A DNA stretch of 64,000 nt from Cyanobacteriota bacterium (GCA_033764955.1 JANRIL010000042.1:32001-96000), one strand, 5' to 3'. Counted from the stretch's first letter, positions 1 through 10,357 are shown. The notes: generated from the sequence alone by a model not told the origin. Numbers and translations are program-made.

Positions 1-42
1 CCAGAACGGTTAGGGAGGAGGAAAGCAGGAAGTTCAAGATAC

Positions 43-288
43 TCACACGGGAACTTTTTGGGAGATATAGGTGACGGCATCTTGAACCGTGGTGATGCTT
101 TCGGCATCTTCGTCGGGGATCTCAAGATCAAATTCCTCTTCAAACGCCATCACCAGCTCAACGGTATCCAGGCTGTCGGCTCCTAGGTCATTCTGGAAGT
201 TGGCTTCGGGGGTGACTTTGCTGTCTTCGACGCCCAGTTGTTCGACAACAATCTTGCGGACTCGACTGTAAATATCATCAGCACTCAT
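43..288 (-). CDS. acpP: Acyl carrier protein
   Basis: 81 aa acidic protein with [13 protein letters not shown] phosphopantetheine-Ser motif. Confidence 0.98.
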   Translation of the reverse strand: MSADDIYSRVRKIVVEQLGVEDSKVTPEANFQNDLGADSLDTVELVMAFEEEFDLEIPDEDAESITTVQDAVTYISQKVPV

Positions 289-1117
289 TGGGTATTCTCT
301 TCCTTATGGAACGAAGGGGGTGGTCGATTTGGCCTGATCAATTCTATCGGAGATCGGATCCCTTCTCGCGTCTCCCCCTTTCTAGAAATCTCTAGGTTGT
401 CCCAGCGACAGCAACCTGACCGCCACCCTTGCCCTCCCCTTCCTTCATCTGAACTGAGTATGCTAGCGCCCTCCAATCCAACAGTCTCTCTGTTCAGCTA
501 TGCCAACACAGATTTGGCCGAGAGATAAGGAGTGGTACTCTCCAGCGGCAGCCTATGATTGCTTGCACCCTCTCTATCCAGCAGAGGGTAGTGCCTTAGA
601 GGTAGTGCTGACAAATTCAGCAGGACACTTAATTGAGAATGAACGAAGCCTACAATCCTCACTCCACTTTGTCTGCTCTCAATAAGCTAAGTCTGTAGTC
701 TGCCTTCTTATTTCATAGCTATTACTTGAATAAAACTACCAGAATAAGGGATTTACAGACAAAGAATTGCCGGAAGAATATATCAAAAGAATCGTTTATT
801 TGTGATTCAGATAAAATAAATTGGAAGACTGAAGAGGAGAATTAAGTTGAGAGATTAGGTTGATATAAGGGAGGATTTGGGGGTGAGGGAGTTTTTCAAG
901 TGTTTATCAAAATAGCTATAAATTTCTTGAGTCTGTATCTAAAATTAGGACGCCACTCATTGCCATAAATTACCCATACTCTTTATAAGGAGAAAAAGAA
1001 ATGGGCAAGATTAAGATGGCAGAAACTTGATGATAAGGATCCCAAAAGGGATAGAGAGTTTGGCATGGAGTTGGAATAGTATCAAGAAAATAGTTATCCA
1101 TATTTCTTGCAATGAGC

Positions 1118-3196
1118 TTATCGTTGTTTCATAACTAAAAGGGTGATGTCATCATAAACTCGTTGCTGTCCGATAAATTGCCGGATATCTTCTACGATAG
1201 CCTGTCGAATATCAGAAGCTGAACGATCTCGTAATGGTTGAGCAACCTGACAGAGTCGATGCAAGCCATACTGCTGACCCTGTGGATTCTCAGCTTCCGT
1301 AATGCCATCGGTATAAAGAATCACAACATCGCCAGATTCCAGTCTCACCTCAGCTTTACCAATAAAACTACTGATTTCTGACTCTAGACCAATTGGAAAT
1401 CCCAGGTCTACAGTGTCAATCCGTTCAATAGTTCCATTCTGCCGAATTAGGATCATTTCTTCATGTTGTCCAGTTAAGCTTAACAAACCTTTCTGATAGT
1501 CTAAAAGGGCTAAGGTCATATTCTTGTCTGAATTCATACGCTGAACGTTGTTATAAATAGCTTGGTTAACAATATTTAAAAATCGACTGGGATCCGTTTC
1601 ATCGCTAGCCAGTAGGGTGCGAACAGCCATTTGCACCATGATCATCAAAACACCACTTTCTAGGCCGTGTCCAGTCACATCCCCAATGCCAATCTTTAGT
1701 CGGCCATTCTGCTGCAAAACATCATAATAATCTCCCCCCACCTCGGAAGCGGGTTCCATAAAACCAGCGATTTCTAAATCATCAATCAACTGTAATTCCT
1801 CTTCTTTGGGTAAGATGAGTTGCTGCAAACGGCGGGTTACTTCTAGTTCGGCTCCCATACGACTGTTATCTGCTTTCAATTGCTCATTCAGGGTCAGAAT
1901 TTGTTGATTGGCTACTTTTAGCTCTGCTGTTCGCCGCTCCACTCGTTCTTCTAGCAAGCTATTGGTTTGCTCTAGAGCTGTGAATGAAGCCCTTAGCTGA
2001 CCAGCCATATTCGTAAAAGATTTTGCTAAAGATTCCAATTCTTGGATGCCGGTTACATTCACAGTTTGTTCCAAATTACCCTGAGCAATTGCCTGGGAGG
2101 CGTGATTAAGTTTCAGGATAAGTCCACTGATCCAGCGAGAGGTGACTAACCCACTCAGAATCGCAACCCCTAAAGCTCCTATACAAAGCAAGATGGTAGT
2201 GCGTGTGTTGGCATTAATTTGCTCCATAAAATCTGATTCTGGCACCACTACTACAGTCAACCAGTCCAGACCCCGTTCATCTTTTAAGGGAGAAATCTGC
2301 AAAAATTGTTTTTGTCCGTTAAAGGAGAAATCAAATTGCTGGATCTGTATAATTTGGTTAAAGTTGGAGAATTTTTCTGACAAAAATTTAGCTGCTGCTT
2401 GAGTGAGGGGATCCTGACTATTGAGGGCAGAAACTCTCTCAGATACATTATTATTCACGATGAAGAGGGGTTCTAAAGTTGATGTGGCAATCAGTAATCC
2501 TGAGCGCTCGACAATAAAAGTCTTGCCTGACTTGCCAATTTTCAGATTACTCAATAACTCACTAATTTGGGAGAGTGTAAAGCCTGTATCCGTAACACCC
2601 AAAAGGTTTCCTTCTGCGTCATAAACAGGCTCAATTGCATCAAAACAAAGACTGTTCTCACTAAACCACACATAGACATCACTCCATCCCGCTCGACCTA
2701 GTTCAACTGCTTTGGTATACCAAGGCCGTTTGCGTGGGTCAAAGCCTTCTGTTGCTTGTAGGAGTTCACCTTTTTTACCTTGCTCATCAGCTAAATAACG
2801 CTTGATTCGACCGATAGCGATATCTTCGACTCCAACCGTTTCTTCGATCCAAAAGACGCCACCTGTGATTCGTTCATGAACCACATACTCCCCCTTCTCA
2901 TTTCCAAAACCTGTATACGTAAGTGAGCCAAACCTTCGTAAGAGCTTTCCTGAAAGCTTTTCTAAGCTTCGCATATCCTCAACAGGGGGTAACTCTAAGG
3001 TGATTGCATCTATAATTAAGCGATTTGACAAATGTGCCGTTTCCAGATACAAATCAACTTGATCTTCGATGCGAGAAGTGACTTCTTGTCGTAATTGCGA
3101 CGCTACATCATTGACAGCTTGCTGACCATTTCTTAGAGAAAGCCATCCTGTTAACCCTACTACCGCAAATATTTGAACTACAAAGGGAACGATCAA
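1118..3196 (-). CDS. Membrane sensor Cache-HAMP-SpoIIE (PP2C-type) phosphatase; natural start probably ATG at 3261, out of frame across an A9 tract
   Basis: Two TM segments, Cache motif DPRKRPWY, HAMP, coiled coil, PP2C motifs VGGDYYD, GDVTGHG, YTDGITEA, DDITLL. Confidence 0.9.
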   Translation of the reverse strand: MIVPFVVQIFAVVGLTGWLSLRNGQQAVNDVASQLRQEVTSRIEDQVDLYLETAHLSNRLIIDAITLELPPVEDMRSLEKLSGKLLRRFGSLTYTGFGNEKGEYVVHERITGGVFWIEETVGVEDIAIGRIKRYLADEQGKKGELLQATEGFDPRKRPWYTKAVELGRAGWSDVYVWFSENSLCFDAIEPVYDAEGNLLGVTDTGFTLSQISELLSNLKIGKSGKTFIVERSGLLIATSTLEPLFIVNNNVSERVSALNSQDPLTQAAAKFLSEKFSNFNQIIQIQQFDFSFNGQKQFLQISPLKDERGLDWLTVVVVPESDFMEQINANTRTTILLCIGALGVAILSGLVTSRWISGLILKLNHASQAIAQGNLEQTVNVTGIQELESLAKSFTNMAGQLRASFTALEQTNSLLEERVERRTAELKVANQQILTLNEQLKADNSRMGAELEVTRRLQQLILPKEEELQLIDDLEIAGFMEPASEVGGDYYDVLQQNGRLKIGIGDVTGHGLESGVLMIMVQMAVRTLLASDETDPSRFLNIVNQAIYNNVQRMNSDKNMTLALLDYQKGLLSLTGQHEEMILIRQNGTIERIDTVDLGFPIGLESEISSFIGKAEVRLESGDVVILYTDGITEAENPQGQQYGLHRLCQVAQPLRDRSASDIRQAIVEDIRQFIGQQRVYDDITLLVMKQR

Positions 3197-3468
3197 AACG
3201 CTTTGTAAAGGAAGTTTAAGAGCGGCATTATTTTTTTTTGCAAAGATTGCTCAGTTGTCATAATAATCCAGAATTGGGAAGGCTGTTTTTAGCCTGGAAG
3301 CTCGGCTCCGTGCCTTACTAAGTTTTTTCTGAATTTAGTATAAGCATTTCAGGAGGTATTCAAACAGTTAAAAGAACTCTTAATCTAGAGATAGATACTT
3401 GTGTAATTCTAGCAAAGCTTTTAGACTGGGACATATTCTTTACCCATCTTTCCCTCTGGACGTTTGCT

Positions 3469-4227
3469 ATGACCTCTGTTAAAGCTGCCTCTGTTTTAGA
3501 AGCCTTAGCCCACCGTTCTGCCCTCAAGGTGATCAGTGGCCTACAAAACTTTGATCGGGACTCAATCCGTAAGGTGGTGCGGGCAGCACAGCAGGGACGA
3601 GCCACGTGGGTAGATATTGCTGCTCAGCCAGATCTGGTTTCCTGGGCACGTCAACATACGGATTTGCCGATCTGCGTTTCGGCTATTGAGCCGAAGCTAT
3701 TGGCACTGGCTGTGCAAGCGGGATCCGATCTTGTAGAAATTGGTAACTACGACAGTTTTTATGCTGCGGGACGGCAATTTTCGGCGGCTGAGGTAATAGA
3801 ACTCACTCGCCAAACACGAGCCTTGCTACCGCGCACTCTTTTATCCGTTACGGTTCCCCATACGTTGCCCCTTGATCAGCAAGCAGCTTTGGCCGAGCAA
3901 CTAGAAAATTTGGGGGCTGATATGATTCAGACCGAAGGGGGTACTGCCGTACACCCCTTACATGCGGGGAGTTTGGGTTTGATCGAAAAAGCCGCCCCTA
4001 CCCTTGCTGCCAGCTATGAGATTAGCCGAGTAGTCTCAGTTCCGGTGATTTGTGCCTCTGGGCTTTCTGCCGTGACCGTAGGAATGGCGATTGCTGCCGG
4101 AGCTTCCGGGGTTGGGATCGGTAAAGCTGTCAGTCAATTGCAGGATGAAGTGGCGATGGTGGCTCAGATTCGCTCATTGGTAGAGGCACTGCAACCTGCA
4201 AAACATCTGTCTGCTGTAGTTGGCTAA
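3469..4227 (+). CDS. DUF561 / Ycf23-family TIM-barrel protein
   Basis: LKVISGLQNFD, VEIGNYDSFY, IQTEGG, KAAPTLAA motifs typical of DUF561. Confidence 0.9.
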   Translation: MTSVKAASVLEALAHRSALKVISGLQNFDRDSIRKVVRAAQQGRATWVDIAAQPDLVSWARQHTDLPICVSAIEPKLLALAVQAGSDLVEIGNYDSFYAAGRQFSAAEVIELTRQTRALLPRTLLSVTVPHTLPLDQQAALAEQLENLGADMIQTEGGTAVHPLHAGSLGLIEKAAPTLAASYEISRVVSVPVICASGLSAVTVGMAIAAGASGVGIGKAVSQLQDEVAMVAQIRSLVEALQPAKHLSAVVG

Positions 4228-4337
4228 ATAGTCAACCAACTGCAAGTGCTGACTCGTTTTCATTGTGTTTGTTGGTCTCCGCAAGGGGGATCCCGGAGTT
4301 GGGGATCCCATTTTCCATCTCTACAGACATGAGTCCC

Positions 4338-6290
4338 TTATTTAGGCTCAGGCAGTGCGGCTGTTGAGGCTAAGTCACTTGCTTTCTTTTTAATAATCAG
4401 CAACGTGATGTCATCGTAGAGAACATGTCCTTGCACATGCTCAGTGAGATCAGCAATTAAAAGGTGACAAATATCAGAGGCACTCAGGTGACGATTCTTC
4501 TGGATTACCTCATGCATCCGCTTTAAGCCATAAAATTTCTGCTGAGCATTCACCGCCTCCGGGATCCCATCGGTATAGAGAGTAACAATATCTCCAGGAG
4601 CAAGCGGGAGGAGAATCTCTTGAGTAAAAGGGCTGATGTCAGCCTCTAGACCAATCGGGAAACCCAATTCATCCGTATCAACCTCTTCCATCGAGCCATC
4701 CGCCCGCACAATCAAAACCGATTCATGCTGCCCCGTCAAGCGGATCCCGCTCTGGTCATACTCCAAAATGGATAGGGTCATCGTGCGATCGGAGCCAATT
4801 CTTTGCAGGTTGTAGTATAGGGTTTCGTTTAATCGTTGCAAGAAAGCTGTGGGGTGAAAATCTCCCACACTAAGCAGAGCACGAGTAGCCGTTTGAGCCA
4901 TCAGCATAATCACACCACTCACCAGACCGTGCCCGGTTACATCTCCGATCACAACCTGAATTTTATGATCGCGGGAAATAATATCGTAATAATCTCCGCC
5001 CACTTCATCGGCGGGCTTCATATAGCCAGCAATATCCAAATCGGAAATATTGTCTAATTCATCTGATTTGGGAAGAATCATTTCTTGTAGCTGCTGAGCT
5101 ACTGTCAGCTCGGCTGTCATTCGTAGGTTTTCGGCCTTGAGTTTGATGTTTAATTTATGGATTTCCTCATTAGCTTGCTCAACTTTTTGTCGTTCCGTTT
5201 TTAGCTCTTGGAGAGAGGTTTGGAGAGATTGCTGATTTAAGGTTAAAGCTTGTTCCTGCTCCTTTAGTTGTTGTACCTGAGCTACTGTTTTTTGGGAGAG
5301 CTTCCATTGTCGCCAACCGCCAACTGAAGCCGCCACCAAAGCCATCGCAAAACAGATGGCCAGAAGGTCAAGAGATTGTAGCCGTCCTTCCACATTTTGC
5401 CGAGGAATCACCACAGCCAATGACCAGTTAGCTTCTTGTAAGGGAGCATAAGCATAGTAGTTTTGGGTATTGTTGGCGGACACCAACACAATTCCCCGTT
5501 GTCGATTGATCATTTGTTGAGCGACTGCCTTGAGATCGCTATTTTCTGACTCCACAAAAAGTGGGCCTGGGCGTTCTGCTGTGTTGCGATAAATAGGATC
5601 CGGATGAGCAATTGCTTGGCTACGGGAGTTGAGGGCAAAAGCATAGCTCCCTTGTCCGAAACGTAGTTCGTTTAACTCCTGCTCAATTCGTTCAATAGTG
5701 ACACTGCCGGATAAAACAGCTAGGGGAGTTTGGGAAGTCGCAAAAATAGGAGAAGCAATATTAATTTGGGTTCGCCCCGTGCCCCGACTAATAAACGGAT
5801 CACTGGCGGTAATAGTTCCTCCTAAAGCAGATTGAAACCAAGCGCGATCACTGACCTTAAAAGGCTTTATGCCATCAGGCAAATTGTAGGAGGTGTTGAT
5901 ATGTGTATCGTAAATAGTGCCATCAGGCAGTGTAAAAGCCAACACATCAAAATCTCCCAAACGTCCGCCAACTTCTTTGAGATAGGGGGCAACAGATTCC
6001 CAATTTTGGGTGCGGAGAGAGGGGGTACTAGCCAGAGTGGTGATTTCAGCTTTTAGCTGAGCCAGCCAAGTATCTAAACGAGCGGCGCTGTACTGCACCT
6101 TGAGAGAGGCTTCTTGGCGAGCACTTTCTAGTAGGACAGAACGAATAACCGTATAAGTTCCAATCGCAATTCCTGTGGCTAGCACGGTGCCAGTCACCAA
6201 CATAAATGGAAATAGATTTCGTCGCATTAATTTTAGGTTTAGTGAGGAGTGATCTGCTATCTGGGATAGCTGCTCTAAAGCTAGCACCAA
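4338..6290 (-). CDS. Membrane sensor Cache-SpoIIE (PP2C-type) phosphatase (start may be downstream, e.g. MRRNLF)
   Basis: Two TM segments flanking dCache (SDRAWF), coiled coil, VGGDYYD/GDVTGHG/YTDGIPEA/DDITLL. Confidence 0.9.
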   Translation of the reverse strand: MVLALEQLSQIADHSSLNLKLMRRNLFPFMLVTGTVLATGIAIGTYTVIRSVLLESARQEASLKVQYSAARLDTWLAQLKAEITTLASTPSLRTQNWESVAPYLKEVGGRLGDFDVLAFTLPDGTIYDTHINTSYNLPDGIKPFKVSDRAWFQSALGGTITASDPFISRGTGRTQINIASPIFATSQTPLAVLSGSVTIERIEQELNELRFGQGSYAFALNSRSQAIAHPDPIYRNTAERPGPLFVESENSDLKAVAQQMINRQRGIVLVSANNTQNYYAYAPLQEANWSLAVVIPRQNVEGRLQSLDLLAICFAMALVAASVGGWRQWKLSQKTVAQVQQLKEQEQALTLNQQSLQTSLQELKTERQKVEQANEEIHKLNIKLKAENLRMTAELTVAQQLQEMILPKSDELDNISDLDIAGYMKPADEVGGDYYDIISRDHKIQVVIGDVTGHGLVSGVIMLMAQTATRALLSVGDFHPTAFLQRLNETLYYNLQRIGSDRTMTLSILEYDQSGIRLTGQHESVLIVRADGSMEEVDTDELGFPIGLEADISPFTQEILLPLAPGDIVTLYTDGIPEAVNAQQKFYGLKRMHEVIQKNRHLSASDICHLLIADLTEHVQGHVLYDDITLLIIKKKASDLASTAALPEPK

Positions 6291-6430
6291 GAAGCTACCA
6301 TCAGAGAGAAAGGCGAGATTGTCATCAATTTAACCATTGGCTAAGGATAAGTTTCTTCAGCCCAATTTCCACCATCAAGCAGATGGTCAGCCATCAATTT
6401 TCCATCAAAAATGGGAGGTCAAGAAAATCT

Positions 6431-7597
6431 CTAGAAAATGTCAGCGGGATCCGCAGCTTGCAGCTTACGAACTGCTATGGCTCCTGAAATAAAACACATC
6501 ATGAAGGCCAAACTCATCACCAAAGTTGCTCGATCCACAGTCATGTTAATAGGAAGCAGAGTTGCTTTTTGTGTGAGATCGTAGAGGACAGTGGCTAAGA
6601 TAAAGGCTGGAATATAACCCAAGAAGGCTAGGATAGCAGCCTCTTGAAAGACAACCCCCAAAAGATAGCGATTGGTGTAGCCCATTGCCTTGAGGGTGGC
6701 ATATTCAGCCAAATGATCGGAGACGTCAGTATAAAGAATTTGATAAACAATGACAATCCCAACCACAAATCCCATGACGGTTCCCAAACCAAAAATAAAG
6801 CCGATGGCCGTGCTTTCTGCCCAATACTGTCGCTCGAAATCAACAAACTCCGCTTTAGAAAAAACTTTGACATCTTTCGGTAACTGAGAGCGCATTTGAT
6901 TGAGGGAAGACTCGACATCAGCACCAGGCTTAAGTTTGATGATCCCAACATCAATGATGCCCTTTTCACGATCTTCAAAAATTCGCAAGAAATTGAGATC
7001 ACTGGTAATGATATTTCCATCCGCACCAAAGGTAGCTCCCATTTGAAATAAACCTCCTACCTCAATGCGGCGGCTGCCTACTTCTGTGGTGACCAGGGAT
7101 CCCTGGTTAAATTTCTCAGCAATCGGGCCAAACTCAGCACGAGAAGCCTGATCAAAAATGACAATATCAGACTTCTTGATTTGTTCTAAATCATCGCTCT
7201 CTAGTAATGGGAGTTGTAAAATCTGTGCGGAGGGATCAATACCTACCACAAAAATACTACGGGTTCGTCCGGTGTCAGGGTTTTTCCACAACTGAAACCC
7301 CAAATACATAGGGCTGACTGACTCCACCTGATCAAAACCAAGCGTTTGGTAGAGTCGGCGCTGCGAAAAGCTAGCCATGGCAATCAGGGCATTCGACTGA
7401 GGGCTAATCAGGAAAATATCCCCTTGCACACTTTCATGAAAAAGAACAGCGCTGTCAAACAAACCATCCTGAAAACCCAACTGCATAAACATTAAAATAC
7501 AGGCAAAAGCAATTCCGGCTAACGCAACCAACATGCGAATTTTTTCGCGGGTGAGTTGGAGCCAAGCCAAGGGAATTTTGGGTTTGATCAAAAGCAT
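6431..7597 (-). CDS. devC: DevC-family ABC exporter permease
   Basis: IPLAWLQL...GIAFACILMFMQLGF N-terminus, VIVYQILYTDVSDHLAEYATLKAMGY, C-terminal ADPADIF. Confidence 0.93.
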   Translation of the reverse strand: MLLIKPKIPLAWLQLTREKIRMLVALAGIAFACILMFMQLGFQDGLFDSAVLFHESVQGDIFLISPQSNALIAMASFSQRRLYQTLGFDQVESVSPMYLGFQLWKNPDTGRTRSIFVVGIDPSAQILQLPLLESDDLEQIKKSDIVIFDQASRAEFGPIAEKFNQGSLVTTEVGSRRIEVGGLFQMGATFGADGNIITSDLNFLRIFEDREKGIIDVGIIKLKPGADVESSLNQMRSQLPKDVKVFSKAEFVDFERQYWAESTAIGFIFGLGTVMGFVVGIVIVYQILYTDVSDHLAEYATLKAMGYTNRYLLGVVFQEAAILAFLGYIPAFILATVLYDLTQKATLLPINMTVDRATLVMSLAFMMCFISGAIAVRKLQAADPADIF

Positions 7598-7691
7598 GGT
7601 GAGGGTGAACCCAAGGATTGTGTGAATTGAATTTCAAAAGAGGACAAACAAAAAAGATGAAAGGGGATCCCGAATTTCCCAATGGATCCTT

Positions 7692-8831
7692 TTATAGATC
7701 AATAGCCACATCCACCTGCAAATTGGTTAACCCCGCCGAGATTTGGCTGCTTTCGGGTTCTAGCATAATTTTGACCTCCACTACCCTGGCGTCGACATCG
7801 GCGGCGGGATCCGTATTAAGAACATCTTTTTTGTTGATCAAGAGGCCGATCTCTTGAACTGTTCCTCGCAATGCTTGATCAAAAGCATTGCTGGTAATCA
7901 CGGCTTGCTGGCCTAGCTTTATTTTGTTGACATCGGTTTCATAAACTTCGGCAACCACGACCATCTGTTGAGTGTTGCCCATCTGGAGAATGGATCCCGA
8001 ATTGTCAATAGCTTCCCCTGGGTATTTGAGGATTCGCAGGATTTGTCCATCACGGGGGGCACGGATGACCGTTCGCTCAAGCCGAGTAGTGGCAAGTTCT
8101 AAATTGCGGCTGAGGGAAAGGATTTGAATTTGGTTTTGGGTACGCACCAGATTGGCCTGGGCGGACTGCATTTGGGCTTGCCAATTTTCTAGGTCGCCTG
8201 CTCGACTGGTTTGCAGTTGGTTAAGGGTGGCTTGGGCACTGCTCAATTCCTCTTCTTTTTGCCGAACTTGTAGGCGGCGGCTGTCTAGCTCTTGTTGAGA
8301 AATGACGCCATCGGCAAACAGTGCTTGGAAGCGTTGCTGATTATTTTGGGCATCGGCCAGCTCAGCTTCTAGTTGGCGAATGCGGGCTTTTTGGGCTTCT
8401 ACTTGCAGAGATTGGGGTTGATCAATTTGCTGCAAGCGACTTCTGGCCTCAGCAATCTGAGCCTGAGCATAGCGGGTTTCTGCCTCAAGGCGGGCTTGCG
8501 CCTCCGACAACTGGCTGGCAGCATAGTCGCGTTCCGCTAATCGTTCCTCATAACTCTCTAAGCGGGCTAGTTCTGCCCCGGTTTTCACCACCTGTCCCTC
8601 CTCGACTAGCAACTCCGCTATTCGCTCTCCGGTGGGGCCACCGATCTCAATCACTTGCCCTTGTGGTTCTAGCCGTCCCAATGCTCCCACCACACTAGGG
8701 GGCGGAGCAGGCGGAGGAGATGCCTGCGTTTCCTGGGCTTGCGTGGCTCCGTAGCGAGTCCAGCCATAGAGACCTAGGCTGCCACTGACTAAAAGGCCAG
8801 CCACAATTAACGCCATACCACGGTAGTTCAT
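7692..8831 (-). CDS. devB: DevB-family membrane fusion protein (HlyD-like)
   Basis: N-terminal TM, ALGRLEP, long coiled coil, VVAEVYETD, DPAADVDARVVEVKI, LTNLQVDV. Confidence 0.92.
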   Translation of the reverse strand: MNYRGMALIVAGLLVSGSLGLYGWTRYGATQAQETQASPPPAPPPSVVGALGRLEPQGQVIEIGGPTGERIAELLVEEGQVVKTGAELARLESYEERLAERDYAASQLSEAQARLEAETRYAQAQIAEARSRLQQIDQPQSLQVEAQKARIRQLEAELADAQNNQQRFQALFADGVISQQELDSRRLQVRQKEEELSSAQATLNQLQTSRAGDLENWQAQMQSAQANLVRTQNQIQILSLSRNLELATTRLERTVIRAPRDGQILRILKYPGEAIDNSGSILQMGNTQQMVVVAEVYETDVNKIKLGQQAVITSNAFDQALRGTVQEIGLLINKKDVLNTDPAADVDARVVEVKIMLEPESSQISAGLTNLQVDVAIDL

Positions 8832-9025
8832 AGAGGGTGACTCACCAGGAAGAATGCCGATCCTTAAATATTTGTAAAATCTCTAGGGGGCTTTGTCTAT
8901 AGCCAAAACCACCCATTTCTTGGGGAGAGCCTTTAGGCAGACTATTCCCTAGCCCAGGGATCCCTCCTTCATGCAAACTCAACCACCCTTCGGCAAGCAG
9001 TTGCAGCAAAGTTTAACAAAAATAA

Positions 9026-9043
9026 TTTACAAAACTTGACAAA
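9026..9043 (+). promoter_or_regulatory. HLR1-like (RpaB) direct repeat overlapping a TTGACA hexamer upstream of hli
   Basis: TTTACAAA-ac-TTGACAAA resembles the (G/T)TTACA(T/A)(T/A)-N2 repeat; hli genes are known HLR1 targets. Confidence 0.6.
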
Positions 9044-9097
9044 TCTTGGAGGAGGAGGCAAATTAGAAGCTATAGAGCATTTCACGGAGCACTTCTC

Positions 9098-9244
9098 ATG
9101 GCTGACACTCAAGAATCTAAATTTGGCTTCACTGGCTTTGCCGAAAAGTGGAACGGTCGCTTGGCAATGTTGGGGTTTGTGATCGGTATTGCAACTGAGT
9201 TGTTGACCGGTCAGGGCATTTTGTCTCAAGTTGGCTTGATGTAA
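9098..9244 (+). CDS. hli: High-light-inducible protein (HLIP/SCP, HliC-like), 48 aa; absent from the ORF track
   Basis: Manual translation MADTQESKFGFTGFAEKWNGRLAMLGFVIGIATELLTGQGILSQVGLM* with the ExxNGRxAMxG chlorophyll-binding motif; GGAG upstream. Confidence 0.96.
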   Translation: MADTQESKFGFTGFAEKWNGRLAMLGFVIGIATELLTGQGILSQVGLM

Positions 9245-9356
9245 TCGCCACTGCACTTGCGGATCCCGTCAAACACTCAGCAAGTAGGCAGTCGGTAACT
9301 AGACCCCTTCTCAGCTAGCCCTTTACTTTTCTTGATAGTGATTCACTAACCCTCTG

Positions 9357-9382
9357 ACCCGGTTCTTCGTGAACCGGGTTTT
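9357..9382 (+). terminator. Probable intrinsic terminator
   Basis: Stem ACCCGGTTC / GAACCGGGT with a 5-nt loop, followed by T residues. Confidence 0.65.
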
Positions 9383-9568
9383 CACTGTTGGAGGGCTAGA
9401 TCCATAGAGTCATGCACTTAGCTTATCAGCTTATGCCAAACTGTTTGGATAAAGACTATTGACAAAGGAACAATTTCTGTCTAGGTTAGGGCTATACGGT
9501 TTCAGTTCAAACTATTTGCATTGATAGCTGGAGCGGGAAACTGGCTTTTACTGACAGGAAAGGTCATC

Positions 9569-10357
9569 ATGGCGGTTGCGTTACCCAGTCTGTTTATTTC
9601 CCATGGATCCCCAGAATTACCCCTGCAATCGGGGCCTGTGGTTGATTTTTTGCGGGGTTTATCCTCCCACTTCCGGCCTCCTCAGGCAATTTTGGCGGTT
9701 TCGGCTCACTGGGAAACCGAGCATCCTGCTCTGACTACTCACCCCTACCCTGCCACCATTCACGATTTTTGGGGTTTTCCCAACCCACTTTATCAACTGC
9801 GCTATCCCGTTCAGGGCAGCCCCCACTTAGCGGGTCGAGTAGCGGATCTATTGAAAGAGGCTGGCTTGATACCCAGCAGCGATCCGGAACGAGGGTTGGA
9901 TCATGGAGTGTGGACTCCTTTGCTCTTGGCGTATCCCGAAGCGAATATTCCTGTGGTACAGCTATCCATTCAGCCTCATTTATCGCCTGAGTATCACTGG
10001 CGGATGGGCAAAGCCCTGGCTGCTTTGCGGCAGGAGGAGGTGTTAATTCTTGCCAGTGGCTCGGCAACCCACAATCTGCGAGCGTTTGGTCGTTATCGTT
10101 GGGAAAGTAGTGAACCCCCCCTTTGGGTCAGTCAATTTGCCGACTGGTTAAGCCAAACCGTCAGGGAGGGCAATCTAGAGGACTTATTTGACTATCGAGA
10201 GCGAGCGCCCTATGCCTCCGAAAATCATCCTACCGACGAGCATCTCCTCCCGCTGTTTGTTGCCCTGGGATCCGGTGGGGATCCCTTTCGCGGCCAGCAG
10301 ATCCACGATAGCTATACCTACGGGGTGTTCAGCATGGCGGCCTATCAGTTTGGTTGA
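9569..10357 (+). CDS. DODA-type class III extradiol ring-cleavage dioxygenase (LigB/YgiD family)
   Basis: LFISHGSP, SAHW, TIHDFWGF, RGLDHGVW, SGSATHNL, HPTDEHLLPL; likely start MAVALP. Confidence 0.93.
   Translation: MAVALPSLFISHGSPELPLQSGPVVDFLRGLSSHFRPPQAILAVSAHWETEHPALTTHPYPATIHDFWGFPNPLYQLRYPVQGSPHLAGRVADLLKEAGLIPSSDPERGLDHGVWTPLLLAYPEANIPVVQLSIQPHLSPEYHWRMGKALAALRQEEVLILASGSATHNLRAFGRYRWESSEPPLWVSQFADWLSQTVREGNLEDLFDYRERAPYASENHPTDEHLLPLFVALGSGGDPFRGQQIHDSYTYGVFSMAAYQFG

Noticed and set aside
285..1117. Short ORFs (238-528, 285-476, 500-685) or an RNA gene in the long intergenic gap
   Set aside because: No recognisable motifs, RBS or stable structure; treated as non-coding.
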